Shown: positions 8,692-16,535 of the stretch, one piece after another | Numbering within the stretch: the first letter of the stretch is position 1 | Layout of the letters: the number at the start of each line of letters is the position of its first letter | NCBI GenBank assembly: GCA_965205655.1 | Contig: CBDBIJ010000110.1 | Span: forward strand, 32,001-96,000 | Reading direction: 5' to 3' | DNA: 64,000 bases | Source of the DNA: Candidatus Latescibacterota bacterium | GTDB lineage: Bacteria > Latescibacterota > UBA2968 > UBA8231 | Program-made: the position numbers and the translations under genes | The notes under the pieces: model-generated | Databases searched by the model: none | What the model saw: only the letters and a program-made list of their open reading frames with translations | Told to the model about the DNA's origin: nothing

Positions 8692-9399
8692 TCACCTTGG
8701 ACCCTTCAGGTAGGTCATCTCCTTCCGAGCCTCGTCGAGGTATTCGCTTTCAGGGTATTCGTCGAGAAGCTTCTGGAAGGCCAGCAGGGCATTGTCCTTC
8801 TCGCCCAGCGCGAGATAGCAACGAGCGATCTTTAGCTGTGCGTCGTCGCTTTTCTCGGTCTTGGGATAGGCGAACACCTTGGTGAACTCCGTGAGAGCCT
8901 GACGAAACTTGCCGAGACCGTAATAGCACTCCCCGGTCCAGTACTGGGAGTTATCGGCCAGGTTGCTGTAGGGTGCCATCGTCAGGATCTCTGCAAACTG
9001 GCCCAGGGCCTTGTCGTGCTGGCGGTTGCTGTAGCTGTCTCGGGCGATGCGGTACTTGTGTGGCGCGTCGAATTGACTTGGTCTGAACACGACGGGGTCC
9101 GGTGATCTGGGCGCCGCGGCGCCGGCTCCCAGCGTGTCCAAACGGCCAGCGATGGATCCAATCCGCGCCTGCTGCTGCTGCAATTCGCGCTGCAGCTGTG
9201 AATTGCTCTCCTCGGCGGAGCGGAGGCGCTCTGCCATTGCCCGCTTTCGCTCGTAGGAAGCGTCGACGGCGCGTTTGAGGGCGTCGATCTCTTCGCGCAA
9301 ATCAGCGGTCTGCGACTCCTCCATGTCCGCCGGACGTTGTCCGGCGCAGGCGAACAAACCCAGACCCAGAGTTATTGCTAGCGCCGCCACTCGTCCCAT
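8692..9399 (-). CDS. CpoB/YbgF-like coiled-coil + TPR lipoprotein
   Basis: Lipobox LFAC, coiled coil, LADNSQYWTGECYY...KSDDAQLKIA...YPES TPRs. Confidence 0.8.
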   Translation of the reverse strand: MGRVAALAITLGLGLFACAGQRPADMEESQTADLREEIDALKRAVDASYERKRAMAERLRSAEESNSQLQRELQQQQARIGSIAGRLDTLGAGAAAPRSPDPVVFRPSQFDAPHKYRIARDSYSNRQHDKALGQFAEILTMAPYSNLADNSQYWTGECYYGLGKFRQALTEFTKVFAYPKTEKSDDAQLKIARCYLALGEKDNALLAFQKLLDEYPESEYLDEARKEMTYLKGPR

Positions 9400-9403
9400 G
9401 CTG

Positions 9404-12160
9404 CTATTTGCTCTCGACGCGAAAGACGAGGTCCTCGGGAGGGTTGGCGGCGAAGTCTTCGCAGCGATCGGCGTAGAGCGCTGACGGCCCGTCAGTAGGA
9501 TCGACTTCGAGAGCTTGTTGGAAAATCTTCTGCGCCTCAGCGGACTCGAATTTTTCGTAGGACTCCAGGCCGCGATTGAAGAGCTCGAGGACGTTGCTCT
9601 TCTGACTGCTCAATTCCCCCTTCCGTTCCAGCACCTCATAGGCGGTAACGGGCTCTTCCTTGCCGACCACCCGAATGAAGTCGAGCCGGCGAGTCTCGAC
9701 GATATCGTCGACCGCCGTGTGAATCGCCTCGTTCACCATGATGCCGGTGCCATACAGCTTCTGGCCGCTCTCGAATCGCGCCGCCAGGTTCACCGTATCG
9801 CCCATCATCGTGTAATCGGTGCGCGCCCGTGAACCCATATTGCCCACGACCATCGGACCGGCGGTGAGCCCCATCCGCACATGTGCGAAAATTCGCCCCT
9901 GTTTATCCCACCGGTCCCACAGTTCGTAGAGCGCCGGCGGCAGCGATTTGTCGGCTTGCCACCTCTTTCTCGCCTCGACCAACGCCCGTTGCTGGTCGAT
10001 ACAGGAGAGGCAGCCGCGCACGGCGTGATCGTCCATGTAGACGGGGGCCCCGAAAAAGGCGAGGATGGCGTCGCCCTCGAACTTGTCTATGGTTCCGCCG
10101 AAGTCTTCGACGATTTCGCACATCTCGCTGAGGTAGTCGTTGATGAAGCCCACCAGCTCCGCGGGCGTGAGGCACTCGGAGATGGTGGAGAAGCTGGCCA
10201 CGTCGGAGGAGAACGACGTCATGACCCTCTCTTCGCCGCCGAGCTGATTGATCATGTCGGGGTTGTTCATGATCTGATCGACGACGGCCGGAGCCAGGTA
10301 GTGCCCGAAGGCACCCTGCACGAAATCCTTCTCTTTCTCCTTGATGACATAGCCGTAGATGGTGATGGCGAGGTATCCCACGACGAGAGTCGCCATCGGC
10401 GCCACGACCTCCATCCAGTAGAGGGCGTGAGTGAGGGCGAAGAAGGCGACCAGGATGTATAGGATGACCGCTGCGCCCACCAGGAAAGCTCCTGCGAGCA
10501 CCCTCAGGCGGGGAACGACGAGTGACAGCAGAACCCCGAAGGCGAGAATGATGACTGCGTCGACCCAGAAGGGCATTCGATGAATGAAGAGCCCTTCTAC
10601 GATGGTGTTGACGACGCTCGGATAGATCCCGACCATCGGGTAGTCGCCCTGAAACGGCGTCACGTTGAGGTCCTCCGTTCCGGTGCCGGTGAGACCGTAG
10701 AACAGGACCTTGCCAGCCACGCTCTCCGGCGTGAGCAGGTTGCCCTTGTACATGCTGAGACGGAAGTAGTATAGCGGCCTGGAGCTTTGGGGCACGGTGC
10801 CGTCCACCAGCAGTGAGCGGACGAACTCGGCGCTCTCCGCAACGAGTGTTGGATCGTAGTCCGGAAGAGCCCGAAGCAGATCGGTGACAGCGGTATCCTG
10901 ATTCTCAGCGAGCAGGTCGGCGAGCCGATTGTTGAGGGCGATCTGTTCGACCATCGCCACCTGCTCCTCATTCGGGTCGCTCATACCCTTCTTCTTCCAG
11001 AACTCAACTGGATCCACGTCGCCGGAGTGCTGCTGAACCTCCTGCTCGATGAAACGAGCTCTGAAATAGCTGATGATCGATTCCTGGATCTTTGCCGGTT
11101 CGTCGAACCCCTCTTCGGCGAGTGCACCCATCAGAAGGTTGGGATCGCGCGCATAGTGCGGTTGCTCGCTGACGATTCGCTTGAGGCGGGTGAGGATCTC
11201 CTGCTTGGCAGCCCACCGCAACCCGATGTGGGGAAAGTGGACGAATGTCTCGTCCCAGCGGCCGACCCAGTTGACGATCATGTTTCCTTCATCATCAATC
11301 GGGATGTCGATCGTCCGGCGGCCCTCCGACGTCTGCGCGTTGGGGAGGCGTACGTGCTCGCCCGGCGTCACCTCGACGCTGGAGACGGGAACTTGGAGGT
11401 AGTCGCAGGCTGCCACGAGCGGCAGTGCGGGAAACAAGTCGTCGCCGTATTGATAAACGAGCGGGTAGCGGCGCCGCGTTCCATCGACATCAGCGACGGT
11501 CTGGGCGAAGGCGAATCCCCTCGCCGCGTCACGGAGGATCTTCAGTGGCGGAACGAAGTCTTCGATCCGCGCGATCGTGCTCGCCGCGGGAGACATGCCC
11601 TTGGGGAGCTTGGGCGAGTTGGCGCGAATCCATTGAAGCGCCTCTTCCTTGTCGGGGGTTCGGCCTACTGTCTCGTCGCCCCACACCGTGAACTGAGCGA
11701 GATAGACATTGTCGGCCGCTTCGATGGTTTCTTTGAAATGGCGGTCGTAATCCGCGTCGCGCAGGAGCGCCGCGACCGAAGCGCTGTCGATGCTCGACAA
11801 ACGCGAGATCTCGCGTTCTGAGACCACGCGCGAAGACGGCTCCGTGAAGTAGACGTCGAAAGCGACGGCCTGGGCACCGAACTGACTCAGCACCGATATG
11901 ACATCGAGATATTTGTCGCGAGTCCAGTCTTGGTACCTACCCTCTGCCTCGATGCTCTTGTCATCGATGTCGATGGTGCCGAGGCGCGGGTCCATGGGCG
12001 GCATGCCGAAAACACTGTTGCGAATGTTGAGTCGCCAGTCATAGCTGAGCAACTCGGCGCGTTCGTAGGCCTTCGTGAGCGTAAACAGCAAGACGAGGAT
12101 CCCCACGAGGGGTCCGATGAGTCGTTCGAGAGCTGAGGCTCGGTTCGCTTCGGCGGCCAT
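9404..12160 (-). CDS. CHASE2-domain class III adenylate cyclase with C-terminal TPR
   Basis: CHASE2 motifs (IDIDDKS, AFDVYF, DVDGTRRRYPL), three TM helices, FGHYLAP, SDVASFSTISE, DKFEGDA, DYTMMGDTVNLAARFES, VVGKEEPV. Confidence 0.92.
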   Translation of the reverse strand: MAAEANRASALERLIGPLVGILVLLFTLTKAYERAELLSYDWRLNIRNSVFGMPPMDPRLGTIDIDDKSIEAEGRYQDWTRDKYLDVISVLSQFGAQAVAFDVYFTEPSSRVVSEREISRLSSIDSASVAALLRDADYDRHFKETIEAADNVYLAQFTVWGDETVGRTPDKEEALQWIRANSPKLPKGMSPAASTIARIEDFVPPLKILRDAARGFAFAQTVADVDGTRRRYPLVYQYGDDLFPALPLVAACDYLQVPVSSVEVTPGEHVRLPNAQTSEGRRTIDIPIDDEGNMIVNWVGRWDETFVHFPHIGLRWAAKQEILTRLKRIVSEQPHYARDPNLLMGALAEEGFDEPAKIQESIISYFRARFIEQEVQQHSGDVDPVEFWKKKGMSDPNEEQVAMVEQIALNNRLADLLAENQDTAVTDLLRALPDYDPTLVAESAEFVRSLLVDGTVPQSSRPLYYFRLSMYKGNLLTPESVAGKVLFYGLTGTGTEDLNVTPFQGDYPMVGIYPSVVNTIVEGLFIHRMPFWVDAVIILAFGVLLSLVVPRLRVLAGAFLVGAAVILYILVAFFALTHALYWMEVVAPMATLVVGYLAITIYGYVIKEKEKDFVQGAFGHYLAPAVVDQIMNNPDMINQLGGEERVMTSFSSDVASFSTISECLTPAELVGFINDYLSEMCEIVEDFGGTIDKFEGDAILAFFGAPVYMDDHAVRGCLSCIDQQRALVEARKRWQADKSLPPALYELWDRWDKQGRIFAHVRMGLTAGPMVVGNMGSRARTDYTMMGDTVNLAARFESGQKLYGTGIMVNEAIHTAVDDIVETRRLDFIRVVGKEEPVTAYEVLERKGELSSQKSNVLELFNRGLESYEKFESAEAQKIFQQALEVDPTDGPSALYADRCEDFAANPPEDLVFRVESK

Positions 12161-12302
12161 CGACAGATCCTGAGTATCTGGATTGACACACGTACGACGG
12201 CTGTCAGCGACGCTTCACGCCGTGACAGATGGGTGGGTCAAATTATAATGGAGGAGCGGAAAAATGGCCACACTGAGGGTAGGGGCATGACTTGACCGTC
12301 AT

Positions 12303-12334
12303 AAAAAAAACCGGCCGAGTTACTCATCGGCCGG
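12303..12334 (-). terminator. Intrinsic terminator
   Basis: CCGGCCGA...TCGGCCGG stem followed by T8 on the minus strand. Confidence 0.75.
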
Positions 12335-12403
12335 CCTTCACAGCTTTGGAACCGAATGAATTCACATGATCGAGGTCATTCCTCCGTCATCAACCGGAAG
12401 AAT

Positions 12404-12913
12404 CTACTTCAGCGCCGCGAGCCTGTCCCGAGCCTTGCCCGCGAAGCCGCTCTTGGAGTGCTCCTTGGTAACCTGGCCGTAGTAGTCAGTGGCCTCGGCT
12501 TTCTTGCCGATCTTCTCGTAGCATTGCGCGATGAAGAACTTCTGTTTCGCTACATTGGGTCCCTTCGGGCTCTTGGCGACCGCCTTCTTGAGGGAATCGA
12601 TCGCCTTGCTGAGCTTGTCCTGGCTCGGATAGCGCTTGGCGCCCTTGTAGTAGAGCTTGTCGAGGACCTGGTCCACGGCGCCGCGCACGCCGGCGACCGT
12701 CACCGTCTTCTGCAACTGGAGCGATTCCTGTTTCACCATATCGTCCACCTGGGTCCATATGGTGTTCATCCAGTCCTCGTCGAAGGCCTTCGATTTTGAC
12801 TGCTCAGTACCAGCGGCTTCGGTCGCTGCCTCCTTTTTCTCTTCCAAAGCGCTCGTGGAGATGGCGCTCAATGCGATAAACGATGCCGCGAAAGCGAGTG
12901 CAAACAGTTTCAT
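12404..12913 (-). CDS. Secreted small TPR protein
   Basis: Signal peptide MKLFALAFAASFIALSAISTSA, TVTVAGVRGA motif, C-terminal TPR (FFIAQCYEKIGKKAEA); RBS GGAGGAGG. Confidence 0.8.
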   Translation of the reverse strand: MKLFALAFAASFIALSAISTSALEEKKEAATEAAGTEQSKSKAFDEDWMNTIWTQVDDMVKQESLQLQKTVTVAGVRGAVDQVLDKLYYKGAKRYPSQDKLSKAIDSLKKAVAKSPKGPNVAKQKFFIAQCYEKIGKKAEATDYYGQVTKEHSKSGFAGKARDRLAALK

Positions 12914-13021
12914 GATTCTTCCCTCCTCCTCGTGGCCTGCAGCTGAATCGAGAATTGTCTGAGACGAGACTTTCAGTCTCGTCCCTCTGCTGATATCATC
13001 GGAAAATTCCGCTCAGTTGAC

Positions 13022-13076
13022 CATGACCGGGATCACAGTGACCGGGAATCTTTTTTTGATGATCTGGATCACATTT
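13022..13076 (-). promoter_or_regulatory. Two CRP/FNR-like boxes
   Basis: Minus strand AAATGTGA-TCCAGA-TCATC (13058-13076) and TGTGA-TCCCGG-TCATG (13022-13037) vs consensus AAATGTGA-N6-TCACA. Confidence 0.55.
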
Positions 13077-13106
13077 AGATATAGTCGAGGCCATGGTCCC
13101 CCTTAG

Positions 13107-14616
13107 CAGCCTGTGGTGAAAGTCGGTGATTTTCTTGCGGCGCGGATGAGGAGCCTCTCCTTACCTTTGAGCATCAACCTTGCAGGGGAGATGCTGTCAT
13201 GGCGTTGGGAAAACGGAAGCGCGCGAGCCAAGCTCAGCTGTGGGTGGCGACGCAGCACCTGAGGGCTCCGGGACATCCTTTTTACAAGAGATTGAATGAG
13301 GTGCTGGACAAGCACGGATTCGACGAGTTTGTGGAAGAGCGGTGCACGACGTTTTACGCCGAGGGCGCCGGTCGGCCCGGCATCCCGCCCGGGGTCTATT
13401 TCCGCCTGCTCATGATCGGCTATTTCGAGGGCATCGACTCGGAGCGTGAGATCGCCTGGCGCGTCGCCGATTCGCTGTCGTTGCGGGCATTCCTCGGCTA
13501 CGAGCTCGACAAGGCTACGCCCGATCATTCGACGGTGTCTCGCACGCGCCGGCTGATCGACTTCCAGACGCATCATGAGGTCTTCGAGGGGGTGTTGAAG
13601 GTGCTGGCCACATCGAACCTGCTGAAGGGGAAGACGCTGGGCGTCGACGCCACGACGCTGGATGCCAACGCCGCCATGCGCAGCATCGTGCGCCGGGACA
13701 CGGGCGAAAGTTACGAGGAGTTTCTCACGAAGTTGGCCAAGGCCTCGGGCATCGAGACGCCAACGCGAGAGGATCTGGCCAGAATCGACAAGAAGCGCCC
13801 GAAGAAAGCGTCCAATAAGGACTGGGAACACCCGCACGATCCGGATGCCCGCATTACCAAGACGAAGGATCGTCGCACCCATCTGGCGCACAAGGTGGAG
13901 ACGGCGGTGGACATGGACACCCAGGCGATCGTCGCCGTGAGTCTGCCGAGTGCCGATGAAGGCGACACCGAATCGCTGCCGTGGATGCTGGTGCGAACCG
14001 AATTGAACGTGGAGGCCGTGTCGCAGGATCCCGAGGCCAGGAAGCATCTGCATCCCAAACCGTTGTCGGAAGTCGTCACCGACAAGGGGTATCACAGCAA
14101 CGAGGTGCTGGTCGATCTCAAAGCCAGTGCCATTCGCAGCTACATTTCCGAACCGGATCGCGGGCGTCGAGATTGGAAGGACAAAGCGGAAGCACAACAG
14201 GCGGTGTATGCCAATCGCCGACGCATTCGCGGCAACCGCGGGCAGGCGCTGCGGCGTAAGCGCGGCGAGCTGCTCGAACGCCCGTATGCTCATCTGTTCG
14301 AAACCGGCGGTATGCGACGGCTGTTTCTTCGGGGCCGACAAAACATCCTCAAACGCCTCGTCATTCACGTGTGCGGCTGCAATTTCGGCCTCCTCATGCG
14401 CACCCTCTTCGGTGCGGGCACTCCGAGGGGTATGAGGGAGGCGTTTTCCCTCATTTCGTCTCTCATCACTCAGGTTTTCGCGCCTTGGCGCGCTTTGTCG
14501 CCGCCCGTGGTTCAACTCTCGGGCACTGCTCGATTTTCGTCGCCATTGGCGGCAACTCGCACCACGAATCTCAGGCCACCCCAAATCTTCCCAAACGGGG
14601 CTTTAGCCACGGGCTG
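13107..14616 (+). mobile_element. IS1182/IS5-like insertion sequence
   Basis: 16-bp IRs CAGCCTGTGGTGAAAG / reverse complement CAGCCCGTGGCTAAAG, flanked by TTAG and CTAG. Confidence 0.85.
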
Positions 14617-14620
14617 CTAG
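13199..14620 (+). CDS. IS1182-family transposase
   Basis: GRPGIPPGVYFRLLMIGYFEGIDSER, TPDHSTVSR, GVDATTLDANA, DPDARI, TDKGY, ERPYAH; stop codon supplied by the flanking TAG. Confidence 0.9.
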   Translation: MALGKRKRASQAQLWVATQHLRAPGHPFYKRLNEVLDKHGFDEFVEERCTTFYAEGAGRPGIPPGVYFRLLMIGYFEGIDSEREIAWRVADSLSLRAFLGYELDKATPDHSTVSRTRRLIDFQTHHEVFEGVLKVLATSNLLKGKTLGVDATTLDANAAMRSIVRRDTGESYEEFLTKLAKASGIETPTREDLARIDKKRPKKASNKDWEHPHDPDARITKTKDRRTHLAHKVETAVDMDTQAIVAVSLPSADEGDTESLPWMLVRTELNVEAVSQDPEARKHLHPKPLSEVVTDKGYHSNEVLVDLKASAIRSYISEPDRGRRDWKDKAEAQQAVYANRRRIRGNRGQALRRKRGELLERPYAHLFETGGMRRLFLRGRQNILKRLVIHVCGCNFGLLMRTLFGAGTPRGMREAFSLISSLITQVFAPWRALSPPVVQLSGTARFSSPLAATRTTNLRPPQIFPNGALATGC

Positions 14621-14634
14621 GGGCTGCGCAGAAA

Positions 14635-15591
14635 TTAGTTGGCATTTAGACAGGTCGGATGAGGCGGTTGAATGGTGTAGTTCCATTGCGGCAAGATCGC
14701 GTCGTGTTGAATCTCGATCTGGCGGTAGAGTTCCGTGCTGATCTTTTTGCCGGTGTCGTAGCGTTTGCGGTTGAGGGTGGCATCGACCGTCAGGCCGGTC
14801 TTTGTGGTGGTGGTGCGCAAGTAGTTGAGGATGAGCGCATAGGACTCCAGCGGCACCCCGGCCCAGTTGAGGCTGATGAAACTGAAGAGGCGGTGGTCGA
14901 TGGGATTCCACTTGGAGGCTCCCGGCGGATAGTGACAGACCGTGACCGGCAGAGAGTAGCTGTGCACCAGCCGCTGGGACAGACAGTATTTCCACAGGTG
15001 CGATTGCGCGCTGTTACTGCCGCCGGTATCGCAGAGGATGAGCAACTCGCGCATATCGGGGTGATGATACCAGCCGTAGGTGGTTAGCCAGGTTTCGATG
15101 GCGTCGACGGCGAATTCGGCGGTGTCGTGAGAGGTGCCGACGACGACCGTACCGGCGTTCCTCTGCGGGTCGTAGATGCCGTAGGGCAGGGCCACGCCAA
15201 AAGACTGAGAGCGAAAGTCGTGGGTGAGCACCTCCCGCCCCATCCAGCACCAGGTTTGCCCGGGGTTGAGGAACAGACCCACCAGCTCGCGTTTCTTGCT
15301 GTCGACGCTGATGACGGGCTGGCCCCGGTCCTCAAAGCTTGCCTTGATGGCACTGAGATGACGAAACTGCTGGTCGCGCTGCGGATGACGGGTCTCCCCG
15401 ATGCTCTTGCGGTTGCGCTGCAGCGAAAAATTGAGTCGCTTGAGGCAGGCGGCCACGGTGTTCGGGCTGGCGGCGACCCCTTCGGCGGCCAGCGTCTTGC
15501 TCACGGAGCGCGTGCTCTTCCTCGACCACTTCAACCCGGTCATGGGATCACCGGCCGTGTCGTCGACCAGCAGCGCCTCGATTCGGCTCAT
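14635..15591 (-). CDS. ISAzo13-family (Rhodopirellula-type) DDE transposase, C-terminal ORF
   Basis: TAGDPMTGLKW, RDQQF, ISVDSKKRELVG, HDTAEFA, CDTGGSN, HYPPGASKWNPIDHRLFS, WNYTI. Confidence 0.9.
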   Translation of the reverse strand: MSRIEALLVDDTAGDPMTGLKWSRKSTRSVSKTLAAEGVAASPNTVAACLKRLNFSLQRNRKSIGETRHPQRDQQFRHLSAIKASFEDRGQPVISVDSKKRELVGLFLNPGQTWCWMGREVLTHDFRSQSFGVALPYGIYDPQRNAGTVVVGTSHDTAEFAVDAIETWLTTYGWYHHPDMRELLILCDTGGSNSAQSHLWKYCLSQRLVHSYSLPVTVCHYPPGASKWNPIDHRLFSFISLNWAGVPLESYALILNYLRTTTTKTGLTVDATLNRKRYDTGKKISTELYRQIEIQHDAILPQWNYTIQPPHPTCLNAN

Positions 15592-16330
15592 GAGTTTTTT
15601 TTAATGCCGGTCGCCCGGCTCCCACAGCGCGGACGCGATCTATGGAAACGCCACCGCTGTGCAATTCCTGCCGTCCCCGAGCCACGGTCTTGACGTTGAG
15701 CCCGGTCCAACCCGCGACGATGGTGTCGCCGCCGCGACCCAGACGCAGCGACTCGAACCCGGCATACAGACGCCGCTGCTTTTCGTTGAGGGTCGCCAGA
15801 AAGGCCTGCAGGTGGGGACGCAGGTCGGCCTCCAGACCGAGGCCCATGAAGGAGACCGCTTCGGCCTGCACCTGCTGCTGGCGGTGCGCCAGTTGCGCGG
15901 AGCCGTCGTGCACCGAGACGTACAGGTACTCGCCGCCGATCTGGTGGCGCAGCACCCGTCCGCGACGATACAGGCTCAACAGCGCGGCGTGCACCCGCAC
16001 CCCGAGCACATCCTCCAGCTCGGCGGACACCCAACCGCCAGCCGCCGCGTCCACCAACTGCGCCATCGTCTCCACCAGCGTACCATGACGCGAAAACCGG
16101 ATGCCCGTAGAGGACCACAATCCATGGCCATCCCAGCGTGCGATACGCTCCAGGGTGTAATACCTGCCCGCATGAGAATAACTGCTGTGATAATCCAGCT
16201 GGCGCAGCTTGCGCAGCGCCGTCATCTTCACCGGCGTACCCAGGGCTGCCTTCACCTGTGCCAGGTCGAGCACCTTGCGCGCGTCGAAGGCCCGCACCAG
16301 CTCCTTGGTGGCGTATCGAATCGGTCGCAT
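15548..16330 (-). CDS. ISAzo13-family N-terminal ORF (DNA-binding)
   Basis: YHSSYSHAGRYYTL, LNEKQRRLYAGFES, TVARGRQEL, RVRAVGAGRP; ends just past an A8 run overlapping the second ORF. Confidence 0.8.
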   Translation of the reverse strand: MRPIRYATKELVRAFDARKVLDLAQVKAALGTPVKMTALRKLRQLDYHSSYSHAGRYYTLERIARWDGHGLWSSTGIRFSRHGTLVETMAQLVDAAAGGWVSAELEDVLGVRVHAALLSLYRRGRVLRHQIGGEYLYVSVHDGSAQLAHRQQQVQAEAVSFMGLGLEADLRPHLQAFLATLNEKQRRLYAGFESLRLGRGGDTIVAGWTGLNVKTVARGRQELHSGGVSIDRVRAVGAGRPALKKTHEPNRGAAGRRHGR

Positions 16331-16535
16331 ATGTTACCTTTGGGCCTGGTAGGAGCGGTGTATATACACAATAGTAACATAACGACCAGCCAGGGGCAAT
16401 GGGACCCCGTGAGAATGAATACCGCCGATACAACCAACCCATGATTATGTGCTTTCTGATCTCAACAATATCCTCATAATTAATGGACAGCTACTAAGAA
16501 CGCCTGCCGCGACAAACCCGTTCCTCAGCGGACGT

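Larger units (their letters stand above)
14620..16494 (-). mobile_element. ISAzo13-family insertion sequence
   Basis: Imperfect IRs GGGGCTGCGCAGAAATTA / reverse complement GTAGCTGTCCATTAATTA; two-ORF transposase; ends approximate. Confidence 0.75.

Noticed and set aside
13103..14584. 493-aa antisense ORF over the IS1182 transposase
   Set aside because: Shadow ORF of a GC-rich gene with no recognisable motifs
15588..16442. 284-aa alternative-frame ORF in ISAzo13
   Set aside because: Low-complexity Gly/Ala/Arg shadow frame; the 15548-16330 frame carries the family motifs
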